Positions 1 through 11,287 of a stretch of DNA of 64,000 bases are shown here, in pieces; the first letter of the stretch is position 1, and the number at the start of each line of letters is the position of its first letter. The stretch is taken from positions 2,912,001 through 2,976,000 of the forward strand of contig CAVVPN010000003.1 in NCBI GenBank assembly GCA_963750165.1, written 5' to 3'. A program made the position numbers and the translations under genes. The notes beneath the pieces were generated by a model that was not told where the DNA came from, made no database searches, and saw only the letters and a program-made list of their open reading frames with translations. Source of the stretch: an uncultured Gemmataceae bacterium (GTDB lineage Bacteria; Planctomycetota; Planctomycetia; Gemmatales; Gemmataceae).

Positions 1-9
1 GGTTCTTGT

Positions 10-964
10 CGGTTCACCCCCACGCTCGTGGGGAGCAGGTCGCCCTTGTGCGGAATGATGTGGTCCACCACGGTTCACCCCCACGCTCGTGGGGAGCAGT
101 TATTTCACGGGCTCGCTGACGGCATTGCTGTACGGTTCACCCCCACGCTCGTGGGGAGCAGGTGGCGACGCTGTTTGGCCTTTGCTGCATCTTCGGTTCA
201 CCCCCACGCTCGTGGGGAGCAGGCTTCCACCACGCCCGGATCGTGGCCGCTAGCGGTTCACCCCCACGCTCGTGGGGAGCAGATTCAATATCGTTGAGCA
301 AACCACCCAATCGGCGGTTCACCCCCACGCTCGTGGGGAGCAGGTCCGTGGCGGCCTCCTGGGCCGGGCTCAGCTTCGGTTCACCCCCACGCTCGTGGGG
401 AGCAGGTACGCGGACTGACCGCCCTCTGGTTCTCACTTCGGTTCACCCCCACGCTCGTGGGGAGCAGCAACCCTTCGACTTCGGCCGGTGCGGCGGAGAG
501 GGTTCACCCCCACGCTCGTGGGGAGCAGGCTGGTGCTGCCCGCCGGGTCGGAGCCGGGGCCGGTTCACCCCCACGCTCGTGGGGAGCAGGTGCTGGACGG
601 CACTCAAGCCGATGCCCCCACCGGTTCACCCCCACGCTCGTGGGGAGCAGGCAGACGCTCGGCACCGCCGGGGACATTGGCCTCGGTTCACCCCCACGCT
701 CGTGGGGAGCAGTTACAATTAGAGTGTCCGGTGGGTGATGTGACGGTTCACCCCCACGCTCGTGGGGAGCAGGAAAATCTCAGCCGTGCCCACCGGCAGC
801 CCGTCGGTTCACCCCCACGCTCGTGGGGAGCAGGGCCTTGTGCCAGTTGCGTTCGTCGTCCCAGGCGGTTCACCCCCACGCTCGTGGGGAGCAGGTAGGC
901 GTCGTCCTCAAGGTCGGCGCGCACTCGCTGCGTGCCGGTTCACCCCCACGCTCGTGGGGAGCAG
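10..964 (-). CRISPR. Type I-E CRISPR array, 16 visible 29-nt repeats and 15 complete spacers; probably continues past the left edge
   Basis: Repeat CGGTTCACCCCCACGCTCGTGGGGAGCAG (+) starts at 10, 71, 133, 194, 254, 315, 377, 439, 500, 561, 622, 684, 744, 805, 866 and 936. The reverse complement CTGCTCCCCACGAGCGTGGGGGTGAACCG has the I-E CCCCAC/GTGGGG stem and ends in AACCG. Spacers are 31-33 nt except one of 41 nt. Confidence 0.99.
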
Positions 965-1059
965 GCTAACCGAATGTCCACTGCATTCGAGCGATCCTAA
1001 CTGAAAAAGCGATCAGATAGTGAACGGTTGAATGCTAACAGAACTTGTCGTCGCAGCGA
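965..1059 (-). promoter_or_regulatory. CRISPR leader
   Basis: Relatively AT-rich non-coding segment between the cas2 stop and the first repeat in the transcribed orientation. Confidence 0.75.
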
Positions 1060-1386
1060 TCACCCATCCTTGGGACGTTGACGCGCTGCCGCCTTGCGGT
1101 TCTTCCTGGTCGATTTCTCAATGGTCACCAGGGCCAGCCCCTCGAAGTCTTGCAGCATCCGGTTACTTCGGCCAGCCTGACGGAATGTCCATCCTTGGGG
1201 GGTGCGGCTGCTCCATAGTTGCAGCACAAAGCCCGGTACCGGCCGCGCCGTGATTTGTTGCCACAGCTCATCCCGCACCCTCGGGCTGGGGTGGCCCAGA
1301 TAGGTCCCCGGGCGGATTTCGATCAGCCAACGACTCAGCGCGCCCTTCCATTTCGGCGGCATTTTCTCCAGAATCATGATTAACAC
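1060..1386 (-). CDS. cas2: Type I-E Cas2
   Basis: LIMILEKMPPKWKGALSRWLIEIRPGTYLG...RVRDELW...DFEGLALV; follows cas1; start (GTG 1386) estimated. Confidence 0.93.
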   Translation of the reverse strand: MLIMILEKMPPKWKGALSRWLIEIRPGTYLGHPSPRVRDELWQQITARPVPGFVLQLWSSRTPQGWTFRQAGRSNRMLQDFEGLALVTIEKSTRKNRKAAARQRPKDG

Positions 1387-2197
1387 CGAGCACCTCCGCA
1401 ATGTCGGGAAGGAGACGTTCCATCAGCTTAGCCGCGTGAAACGCCTTGCGGCACTCCTGGCGGATGGCCCGCTCCAGGCCCTCCGTGGTCGTCGCCGCCA
1501 ACCGGAACGCCACGGGGATCGTCACCTCGACCTTGTAAAAGTCTGCCACGTCGTACACGAATGACAGCATCTTGCCTGTGTGAATGAATCCGAGAGCCGC
1601 CGAGTAGCCGGCCGCCACAATGGCGGCGTGGCAGACGCCGTACAGGCAGGCATTGGCGGCGGACAACGCCCGGTTGGCGGGCGTGGCCCGATACCAGTCC
1701 TCTTGGCTGTAATCGCGGCCCGTCCAGGTGATGCCGAACTGCGCCGCGGCCTGCTGGTACGCCTGGCGGACCCGGGCGCCCTCCAGACCGCGGATCTGTT
1801 CGATGGACATGCTTCCCAGTTCGGTGCCGGGGAAGCGCCGCCGGTACATGCGGTGGACGACCTCCATGCGGAGTTTGTCATCGACCACCAACCGGGCCTG
1901 GTGCAGCAGGCGCCGCGAACTGAACGTGCCGCCGGTCGAGTGGGCGTATAGGCGGACGCCATCCTCGCCGACCCAGGCGGCCAGGCAGTTGTTGGCGGCC
2001 AGCGCCTTGACGGCGGCGTGCGTGACGCTGATGCCGGGGCCGAGCATGACCAGGCTGATCTGGTCGATGGGCACCAGGGTGTCGTTCTGTTGCTGGTGCA
2101 AGACCAGGCCGCTGTCTTCCTGATCGAGGACACCGCGTTCGAGGTAGAGGTAGCTCCAACGGTCCTCGAACCGGGGCAGGGAGTGTAGCGTTTTCAT
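1268..2197 (-). CDS. cas1: Type I-E Cas1 integrase
   Basis: DRWSYLYLERG, LVMLGPGISVTHAAVKALA, EQIRGLEGARVR, NRALSAANACLYG, LGFIHTG, SFVYDVADFYK. Confidence 0.98.
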   Translation of the reverse strand: MKTLHSLPRFEDRWSYLYLERGVLDQEDSGLVLHQQQNDTLVPIDQISLVMLGPGISVTHAAVKALAANNCLAAWVGEDGVRLYAHSTGGTFSSRRLLHQARLVVDDKLRMEVVHRMYRRRFPGTELGSMSIEQIRGLEGARVRQAYQQAAAQFGITWTGRDYSQEDWYRATPANRALSAANACLYGVCHAAIVAAGYSAALGFIHTGKMLSFVYDVADFYKVEVTIPVAFRLAATTTEGLERAIRQECRKAFHAAKLMERLLPDIAEVLGVNHDSGENAAEMEGRAESLADRNPPGDLSGPPQPEGAG

Positions 2198-2892
2198 GAG
2201 GTAGTCCTCGCCGGCGCGATGGACAGGAGCCCGAAGCCGAACCCTTTGGCGCTGCCGATGCCGTTTTGCAGGGTGAGGAGAAATCGGCCGGGGTCGGTGA
2301 CTTCCAGCATGCCCTCAAAGCGGACGGCGTGGAAGCGGCCGGCGGTGTGCCCGTCCTTGCCGCACCGGACCCAGCCCTCGGGCATCACATCGCAGCGAAA
2401 GTTCGGCGCTTTCCCGCCGTCCCCATCTTGCAGCCATTCGCCGGGGATGCGGAATCCGCCCTGTTCGGCTTTTTCCAGCAGCCAGGCCACCTGCTCGTCT
2501 TCGCGAAGCAATGCCAGCCGTTGGCCGTTGCCCTTTTTGCCGGCCAGGCGATCTTCCTTGGAAACGCTGCCGACTTTCTTGGTCGGGTTGGCCCGCAGCC
2601 GGAAGCACAGGCGCTGGCCCGGCGCGAAGGCCAGATCGCACCGCTTGGACTCGGCCGGCCCAAGGAGGTAGCACCTGGGCAGGCCGGACCAGTCGGGATT
2701 GTCGCGGGTTTGCACGAGAACGACGGGCTGCCCTGACCGCGACGGCTCGACGCGGAACAGCAAGTCGCAGCGATCATCGACGCGCGGGTAGGGGTAGGCG
2801 TTCATTAGGGTGCGGTGCATTTCGTAGGACTGGGCCAGGTCGCAGCGCGCCTGGCGGTCACGAGGGTTGAGAACCAGTTTGCTGAGGAACAC
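2194..2892 (-). CDS. cas6e: Cas6e (Cse3/CasE) crRNA endoribonuclease
   Basis: FLSKLVLNP..YEMHRTLM, FRLRANPTKK, C-terminal G-rich loop GIGSAKGFGFGLLSI; start GTG 2892 estimated. Confidence 0.96.
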   Translation of the reverse strand: MFLSKLVLNPRDRQARCDLAQSYEMHRTLMNAYPYPRVDDRCDLLFRVEPSRSGQPVVLVQTRDNPDWSGLPRCYLLGPAESKRCDLAFAPGQRLCFRLRANPTKKVGSVSKEDRLAGKKGNGQRLALLREDEQVAWLLEKAEQGGFRIPGEWLQDGDGGKAPNFRCDVMPEGWVRCGKDGHTAGRFHAVRFEGMLEVTDPGRFLLTLQNGIGSAKGFGFGLLSIAPARTTS

Positions 2893-3580
2893 GAGGGGAC
2901 TCCGGAATTGGTTCGAGGATCGGGATTGGGAGAATCGAAAATGTACAGTTCTGCACGTGCCGGATGCCGAAGCGGCGGTCGCGGCTGACGAATGACATCG
3001 GCACATCCGGCCGCGGCTCGCCGGTGCCGTAAGACACTTCCCGCACCCCGCGAAGAGTCTCGCCGGAAGGCTTGTCTCCGGGGTGCCGCTTCCGCCAGCC
3101 GTGGTTTGCCAGCACCGCCATCAACTCGCTTTCGCTCACCCCTTCGGGTGCGGCAACAGGGAGGGACGGTACGAACGCCTTGCGGCCAAGGAACAGCGGC
3201 CAGACCGGATGGCGGAGGGCGTCGTCCAGCCGCTTCAGGAAAGCGTGTTCACCCTCAAGGCCGACCAGGAAATCGGCGTCGGCGAGGTAAAACCGCTCGC
3301 TCAGCACGGTGTCCTGCGTAGCCTTGGTCGGGTCGGCGCGGCGGACATTCTGGGCGGTGTGGTAGTCGCGCATCAGCCGACCCTCACGGTCCACGCGGAC
3401 GGCCATCGTGAGCGGCACAAAGTCGTCCAGCGACTGTTCGCGCGGCCGGCCCAGCGCGGCGCACAACAGGCCGATGACGCCGGAGCGGGACGGCTCCAGC
3501 CCGGTGTCGCGGTTGCTGAACCGGCTGCGGGTGCCCCAGCTCTGCATCGGGCCAGCCAGGCGCATCAGCAGCACGCTCAT
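2858..3580 (-). CDS. cas5: Cas5e (CasD)
   Basis: LLMRLAGPMQSWG, PSRSGVIGLLCAALG, RDYHT, RFYLADADF, LFLGRK. Confidence 0.97.
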   Translation of the reverse strand: MSVLLMRLAGPMQSWGTRSRFSNRDTGLEPSRSGVIGLLCAALGRPREQSLDDFVPLTMAVRVDREGRLMRDYHTAQNVRRADPTKATQDTVLSERFYLADADFLVGLEGEHAFLKRLDDALRHPVWPLFLGRKAFVPSLPVAAPEGVSESELMAVLANHGWRKRHPGDKPSGETLRGVREVSYGTGEPRPDVPMSFVSRDRRFGIRHVQNCTFSILPIPILEPIPESPRVPQQTGSQPS

Positions 3581-4809
3581 GTCGCCCCCTTTCCGTCGAA
3601 GGCGGCCTTGGTGACCGCCGCGATCAGCGCCTCCACCGAGCCGACAGGGTCTTTCAAGTGTTGGAGGGTGAGGCGCTCCATTTGGCAAACGGCCGACGCC
3701 TTCCGGCCGCCGTCGCCGTACATGCCGACGAGCCGGCCGTAATAGTCGTCCAGCGCCTCAATTGACTTTCCGACCAGGCTTTCTTCGCCGCGTGGAGTGA
3801 TCGGTTTGACGAACGCATTGGCCAGCGACACCGGTGACCCATCGCGGACGATGGCGAAAACGAGCGACGGGCTGTTGTGGGCGGCAAAGCTGTTCTGTTT
3901 GCCGGTGGGGATGGCGTGGATGAACGCCTTGAGGAATGCGGAAGTAGTGGTCCTGGCAAGTTCGGAGTCTCCTTGCAGGCCGAACGACCGCGACTTTTTC
4001 TCATCCCTGTAGCCGCCGACCAACTCGGCGACATCCAGGGTGGCGTAGCGGTAGAAGCAAGCGGAGTTGAACTCGACCGTGCCAATCATGTCGGCTCCGG
4101 CCGTATCCTCCGGCTTGAGGTCATCCACGGCGGTGTAGTAGTCCATCTCCATCGTGTGGATCTTGTTGGTAGAGATTGCGTGGGCGACCTGGCAGGTGGC
4201 ATCGACGTTTCGCTCAGGCAGATCGGCAAGCATCCGGCCGAAGAGGGCCAGGTCGGCTGCCTTGCCGCCATCGAGAAGTTTCTCCACGGCTTTCGTGAAA
4301 CCTTCCGGAGCTTTTGGGCCATCATCGGTCGCCTTCGATTTGCCCCGTCCACGGGCGGCCGGTTTTTCGGCGGTTGCCGGCTTGGGATCAATTTTTGGTT
4401 CGGCAGAGAAGGCGTCCCAGTGTTGATTCACGACATCCGCGAACCGGGTGATTTCGCTATCCCCGAGGAAAAGAAGGTACGGCGTTTTGTGTTCGTCCTT
4501 GTCCTCCGACTTTGGCAGAAACGCCGACACGGCATTCTTGGCCGCCCGCAAAGCGGAGCCTTCATCACGGCCTTGTTTCTGCAAGAGTTTCGACACGGCC
4601 TCGGCCAGCCGTTTGGTGCGTTCGGCGCGGTTCGCGGCCGGGATCAGGTCGTGGTCCTTGAAATAGTTCCGGACAGCCCGCTTTTGACACTGGCTGGAGA
4701 TGCGGGCGCGACGGTGGCCGCCGAAGTCGGCATCCTTTGGGCTACCGGTGTCGTCGCGGTTCAGGTTCGAAGGGGCGAAGTTTTGCAAAACATGGATCTC
4801 GATGCGCAT
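3577..4809 (-). CDS. cas7: Cas7 (Cse4/CasC) Cascade backbone
   Basis: IHVLQNFAPSNLNRDDTGSPK, RARISSQCQKRA, DLALFGRM, VAHAIST, DYYTAVDD, PTGKQNSFA. Confidence 0.98.
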   Translation of the reverse strand: MRIEIHVLQNFAPSNLNRDDTGSPKDADFGGHRRARISSQCQKRAVRNYFKDHDLIPAANRAERTKRLAEAVSKLLQKQGRDEGSALRAAKNAVSAFLPKSEDKDEHKTPYLLFLGDSEITRFADVVNQHWDAFSAEPKIDPKPATAEKPAARGRGKSKATDDGPKAPEGFTKAVEKLLDGGKAADLALFGRMLADLPERNVDATCQVAHAISTNKIHTMEMDYYTAVDDLKPEDTAGADMIGTVEFNSACFYRYATLDVAELVGGYRDEKKSRSFGLQGDSELARTTTSAFLKAFIHAIPTGKQNSFAAHNSPSLVFAIVRDGSPVSLANAFVKPITPRGEESLVGKSIEALDDYYGRLVGMYGDGGRKASAVCQMERLTLQHLKDPVGSVEALIAAVTKAAFDGKGAT

Positions 4810-4832
4810 GGGGACTCCAGTGGGGTAAGGGA

Positions 4833-5366
4833 TTATTCGGAAACGGGTTGCTCCTGGTTTGCTTTTGCCTCTGCTTCAGGGGCGTTCCAGAAGCCGCGAG
4901 CCCATTCCTTCTGGACCCAACGGTCGGCGTGATTCCAGTTGCCAAGGTGTTGAATGAGCAACCGCCAGTCGAGGCCGATGCTATCTCGGGCAATCAAGGT
5001 GGTGGCTTGGCGGAGCTTGTAAGACAGTTCCTCGCCGTCCGTGTCGAGCAGGTCGATAAAGCGCTTCTCCCGTTGCTGCCTTTCCTCCAGGGTCAGTCCA
5101 GCCCCGAATGCCGCGCCAAAGTTCACCTGTTCGGTTTGGCGACAGTCGCCCTTCACCCAGGCGAATAGCCCAGCGGCGAGGACGGAATCGTCGAGCGCGA
5201 AATCTGGCACTCGGCGAAACAGCCAACCGACACGGCCGAGGGTGTAGTCCAGGGGCCGTTCGAGTCCACGGCGGAGGTGGGCCAACGCGGCCCGGTTCGG
5301 GTTGTCTGGGTTGGCAAGTTCGGTCAAATCATTGACCAACTCGATGTCCCACTTTGGAGCGCTCAT
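4833..5366 (-). CDS. cse2: Cas11 (Cse2/CasB) small subunit
   Basis: NRAALAHLRRGL, EKRFIDLLD, LDWRLLIQHL, WVQKEWARGFW; lies between cas8e and cas7. Confidence 0.93.
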   Translation of the reverse strand: MSAPKWDIELVNDLTELANPDNPNRAALAHLRRGLERPLDYTLGRVGWLFRRVPDFALDDSVLAAGLFAWVKGDCRQTEQVNFGAAFGAGLTLEERQQREKRFIDLLDTDGEELSYKLRQATTLIARDSIGLDWRLLIQHLGNWNHADRWVQKEWARGFWNAPEAEAKANQEQPVSE

Positions 5367-6925
5367 GCGACACCTTCTTTCTCTCGATTCGGGATGCGGT
5401 TGTCGTTGCGAATCTTCTTCAGACGGGAAAACAGCAGTCCCCGGCCGGCGTTGACGGCTTTGAGGTCGCGGCCGCCGTCGATTCGACCGATGGAATCGTT
5501 GAAGGCGTCCTTGGCGGTAGGGTGAAGAGTGTCCCAGTACCAGCTGTTGACGCACGCCCCAAGGTCCGCCCCGTCGGCGGCGAGGGTGACCAACAGTTCG
5601 CGGAACGGCCGCTCCAACCGAGACCAGTAGAGACGGTCTGGGGCAAAGGAATCGACCACGGCGCTGACGCGGTCTTTGTCCGGATTCATCTCAGCGCTGC
5701 CGGTTAACCAATTCGCCGCCGCCGCCCAGGCCGCTTTTCGTAGCGCGTCTTTGACGGCCTCCGCAAGTTCAAGCGAATGTTTAAGTGACTCCACCAGTTC
5801 TGGACGGTCGAGGTACGCGAGCGGCAACGGCAGGGTTTCGTGCCGCCAGAAATTGACCTTGGCCTTGTCCGTGCAAAGACCGAAGACGGACACGCGGTAG
5901 CGGGCCGCGCGAGGCAACACTTCTTTCAACTCGAAATGCGCCAGTGTGTGCAGCGTGGTCGGCCCCTTGAACTGGTCGGCCTCCGCAAATTGAAAGAGGG
6001 TCGCACTATCGCGCCACAGGTCGCGGTTCTCGCTCAGCCGGACAGGCCGGTCACCCTCTTCCTTGCTGCGTGAGTACGCGATCATCGGGTCGTAGAACCC
6101 AGCCGGGACTTCGAGCTTCCGCCCCTGGGCGTACGACACCCGGCGGACCATCACTTTCCCGTTAACTTCTTCGGGGTGCAACCGGAGTGTCCGACTCTGC
6201 CACGTCAGGTAGTCAAGGTAGCCACGCGGGCGGCCCGGTTGTTTGTGTGGTTCGGTTGGAGGCCGCTCCCACACTGGGACATCATCGGGCAAACTGGCAA
6301 CGGGGTCTTTGTTAGAGAAGACTGTGAGGTTCAACCACAAGGTCTCGAACAGGGTGTCACCCCGCGCGAGAACCACCGCTCCGGAGACGAGTGGGGCGTG
6401 CGTAGTGTTGCCGGTGTCGCTCTTGCCGCCTCCCACCGCGAACGCTTGCTCGGCAACCACAACTCGGGCGGCGCGGGCCGGGGTCAAGGCCGGTGGAGGG
6501 TCATCGGTCGTGTGGTCGAACAGGGCAGCGTTGTTGCCACGGGACAATTCTTGAGCCAGCCGGTTGATTCCACTCGGCTCTTTGGTGGTGAACCCCGCTC
6601 GTTGGAAGAACGGGTATTTCTCATGGAACAAATCGAACCGATCAGCCCACTCAGCGAAGTAGGTGTTCACGCGGTTGGCATCGAACATTCCAGCCTGCCG
6701 GGTGGCAACCCGGTCTGCCGACTTCCTCGGTCCCTGGTAACAACGGTGCAAGATTGCAAGGAGGAGTCGGTGCAGCGCGACAGTAACCAGAGGTGACTCG
6801 TCGCGGATTTCGGTAATCGTGTGCGCCTGAACCAGCACATCGTGGAGGCTGTACTCGACCGCCCTACCGTCGCGGAAGAGACATAGAATGACAGGTTCCC
6901 TTGCGAGATTAAATGACACTGCCAC
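5363..6925 (-). CDS. cas8e: Cas8e (Cse1/CasA) large subunit
   Basis: SFNLAREP, VALHRLLLAILHR, DRFDLFHEKYPFFQ, GNNAALFDH, GDTLFETLWLN, YLTWQSR; GTG start preceded by AGGAAGGGG. Confidence 0.95.
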   Translation of the reverse strand: MAVSFNLAREPVILCLFRDGRAVEYSLHDVLVQAHTITEIRDESPLVTVALHRLLLAILHRCYQGPRKSADRVATRQAGMFDANRVNTYFAEWADRFDLFHEKYPFFQRAGFTTKEPSGINRLAQELSRGNNAALFDHTTDDPPPALTPARAARVVVAEQAFAVGGGKSDTGNTTHAPLVSGAVVLARGDTLFETLWLNLTVFSNKDPVASLPDDVPVWERPPTEPHKQPGRPRGYLDYLTWQSRTLRLHPEEVNGKVMVRRVSYAQGRKLEVPAGFYDPMIAYSRSKEEGDRPVRLSENRDLWRDSATLFQFAEADQFKGPTTLHTLAHFELKEVLPRAARYRVSVFGLCTDKAKVNFWRHETLPLPLAYLDRPELVESLKHSLELAEAVKDALRKAAWAAAANWLTGSAEMNPDKDRVSAVVDSFAPDRLYWSRLERPFRELLVTLAADGADLGACVNSWYWDTLHPTAKDAFNDSIGRIDGGRDLKAVNAGRGLLFSRLKKIRNDNRIPNREKEGVA

Positions 6926-7008
6926 GCTGGCACCCCTTCCTGTCGGTGGTGTTGTCCAGATTGCGTTGAAATAGCAAGAATCCAGCAAGGCGATCCACTT
7001 GCCGGGTC

Positions 7009-7100
7009 GAGGACGCCCCCACACACGTGGGGAAGTTGAAAGGTCGGGGGTCAGAACCGCCCGTTACTCACGGTTCACCCCCACAACACGTGGGGAAACA
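7009..7100 (-). CRISPR. Degenerate one-spacer mini-array (candidate regulatory crRNA-like RNA, CreA/CreR-type)
   Basis: Pseudo-repeat 7071-7100 CGGTTCACCCCCACAACACGTGGGGAAACA keeps the GTGAACCG handle and the stem. Spacer 7038-7070 is 33 nt. Pseudo-repeat 7009-7037 GAGGACGCCCCCACACACGTGGGGAAGTT keeps the stem but has a decayed handle. Confidence 0.9.
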
Positions 7101-7128
7101 AAAAACGTGGGGGAGTCAGAAGGGTCAA

Positions 7129-7335
7129 TCAGCGGCCCAGTCGCGGTAGCGCTCCGCGTTTGCGGGCATTCGCCAGCAACCGCCAGAACTCAGCCTGCGT
7201 CAGGACAGCACCGGTGCTGCGCTGCACCTCCTCCCAAAGCCACTCGAACTCCTCCGTGTAAGGCAGCTGGTCTGCCGCCATTCCCTGACGCTGGTAGCAT
7301 TCGGCCAACACCGATAGCAGAGCCGTTCGGTCCAT
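7129..7335 (-). CDS. 68-aa protein of unknown function, first gene behind the guide-targeted promoter
   Basis: ATG with Shine-Dalgarno AAGGAGGTG (7341-7349) 5 nt upstream and its own promoter; helical-looking sequence with DQLPYTEEFE and WRLLANARKRGALPRL. Confidence 0.85.
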   Translation of the reverse strand: MDRTALLSVLAECYQRQGMAADQLPYTEEFEWLWEEVQRSTGAVLTQAEFWRLLANARKRGALPRLGR

Positions 7336-7365
7336 AAATTCACCTCCTTCCGGCTGCTAAACCGA

Positions 7366-7394
7366 ATCTTAGGCAGCAGGCTCTGCCATGTCAA
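7366..7394 (-). promoter_or_regulatory. sigma70-type promoter TTGACA-N17-TAAGAT
   Basis: -35 TTGACA at 7394-7389, 17-nt spacer, -10 TAAGAT at 7371-7366, immediately upstream of the ORF68 ribosome-binding site. Confidence 0.85.
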
Positions 7395-7418
7395 ACGTCT
7401 CTACCACCCGTCACTCAT

Positions 7419-7420
<2 letters not shown>
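7385..7420 (-). promoter_or_regulatory. Partial protospacer plus AAA PAM for the mini-array spacer
   Basis: Target TGAGTGACGGGTGGTAGAGACGTTTGACATGGC vs spacer TGAGTAACGGGCGGTTCTGACCCCCGACCTTTC; 5' flank AAA at 7420-7418. Confidence 0.85.
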
Positions 7421-10176
<2,756 letters not shown>

Positions 10177-11157
10177 TTATTCGTAAACTTCCCAACCACG
10201 CCGAAATTCGTCGCGCACCTGTTCGCGCAGCTCCGCCGGTTCCAGCACCTCACATTCCGGTCCGTACCCCATCACCCAGCGCCGCACTTCCAGCAAATGG
10301 CTCACCGTCAGCGTCAATTCCAGGCTGCCGTCGCGCCGCTCCTTGATGACCTGGCTCGGGTGCCACTCGCGCAACTTCACGTACCGCGCCGCTTCTCCGG
10401 TGAAGCGCAACCGTACGCGCTGCGGCCCGGCGTCGCCACGCATCGACCGAAAGCTCGCGTCCAGGTAGTCGCCAATGCGGAAGTCCGCCGGCCGCTCAAA
10501 GCGCTCACCCGTCTCGCGCAGGGAGCGAATCCGCGCCGGCACGAACATGCGCACCTCCTCCCGCAGGTGGCAAAACGCGACCAGATACCACTCGCCTTGC
10601 ACGGACGTCAGGTGGTACGGATCGACGGTGCGGCGGCACTCCTCGTCGCGCAACGCGCTCCAGTACAGCAGCTCCAACCGCCGGCCCTCGCGCACCGCCC
10701 GCATCAGCTGCCGGAAGCAGCGCACGGCGCCGGCGTCCGCCTGGGGGCTGCGGAACGAGACGGTCTCGCCCAGGTGCGACAGATCGACCGTCACCTCGTC
10801 CGGCAGCTGAGCCGTCAGTTTGCGGAAGGTGGTCGCCAGGTCCGCGGCGTAGGGGGTGCCGTGGTAGGTCTGCATCAGGCGTTCGGCCAGAAAGAGCGCC
10901 ACCAGTTCGCCCTCGCTGAGGCGCAACAGCGGCAAGGCGTAATCCGGCAGGCTGTAGTAATAGCCATGCCGGCGGGCGTCGTATTCCAGCGGCGCACCCA
11001 GCGAGTCGCGGAGGAACTCCAGGTCGCGCAGGACAGTCCGACGGTTGACTTCCAGTTCGCCGGCAAGCGTGCGGGTATTGGGGTAGCCGCCAGCGCGGAT
11101 GCACCGATCCACGGCCACCAGGCGGCGCAGCGGGGGACGAGAAGTTCGTTCCATCAT
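10177..11157 (-). CDS. HTH-WYL-WCX transcriptional regulator (YafY/PafB-like)
   Basis: HTH LAGELEVNRRTVLRDLEFLRD; WYL domain RTVDPYHL..GEWYLVAFCHLREEVRMF..RI; WCX region WVMGYGPECEVLEPAELR; ends 27 nt upstream of cas3. Confidence 0.95.
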   Translation of the reverse strand: MMERTSRPPLRRLVAVDRCIRAGGYPNTRTLAGELEVNRRTVLRDLEFLRDSLGAPLEYDARRHGYYYSLPDYALPLLRLSEGELVALFLAERLMQTYHGTPYAADLATTFRKLTAQLPDEVTVDLSHLGETVSFRSPQADAGAVRCFRQLMRAVREGRRLELLYWSALRDEECRRTVDPYHLTSVQGEWYLVAFCHLREEVRMFVPARIRSLRETGERFERPADFRIGDYLDASFRSMRGDAGPQRVRLRFTGEAARYVKLREWHPSQVIKERRDGSLELTLTVSHLLEVRRWVMGYGPECEVLEPAELREQVRDEFRRGWEVYE

Positions 11158-11199
11158 GGTGGGCTACCAGCGAAGGACGGCCATTCAACAACTTTAGAG

Positions 11200-11234
11200 A
11201 GTATATTCAAGGGGGTGCGACATTGCCTGTCATA
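11200..11234 (-). promoter_or_regulatory. Putative WYL-cas3 promoter: -10 TATACT with an upstream palindrome TATGACA-N5-TGTCGCA
   Basis: Minus strand reads TATGACAGGCAATGTCGCACCCCCTTGAATATACT, 43 nt upstream of the WYL start. Confidence 0.6.
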
Positions 11235-11287
11235 TGCGAAAAGCAATTCTTGAGGTTTACTTCTTGCCTGGCCTCTGCGCGGCTTAC

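Noticed and set aside
895..905. GTAGGCGTCGT in the long spacer also occurs in cas3 (about 8815-8825)
   Set aside because: Only 11 nt, at the PAM-distal end, and expected by chance. I could not exhaustively scan all spacers for self-matches.
28..1004. Several ORFs over the CRISPR array
   Set aside because: They are translations of the repeats (VHPHARGE, GSPPRSWGA, FTPTLVGS), not genes.
7009..7100. Mini-array as a mere decayed remnant of the main array
   Set aside because: The handle and stems are selectively preserved, and the spacer has a PAM-flanked, 6-periodic match to the adjacent promoter, which neutral decay would not be expected to produce.
11200..11222. Exact PafBC-type promoter (TGTCGG-N10-TANNNT)
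   Set aside because: The site is TGTCGC-N11-TATACT, so it is similar but not matching; kept only as a generic WYL operator candidate.
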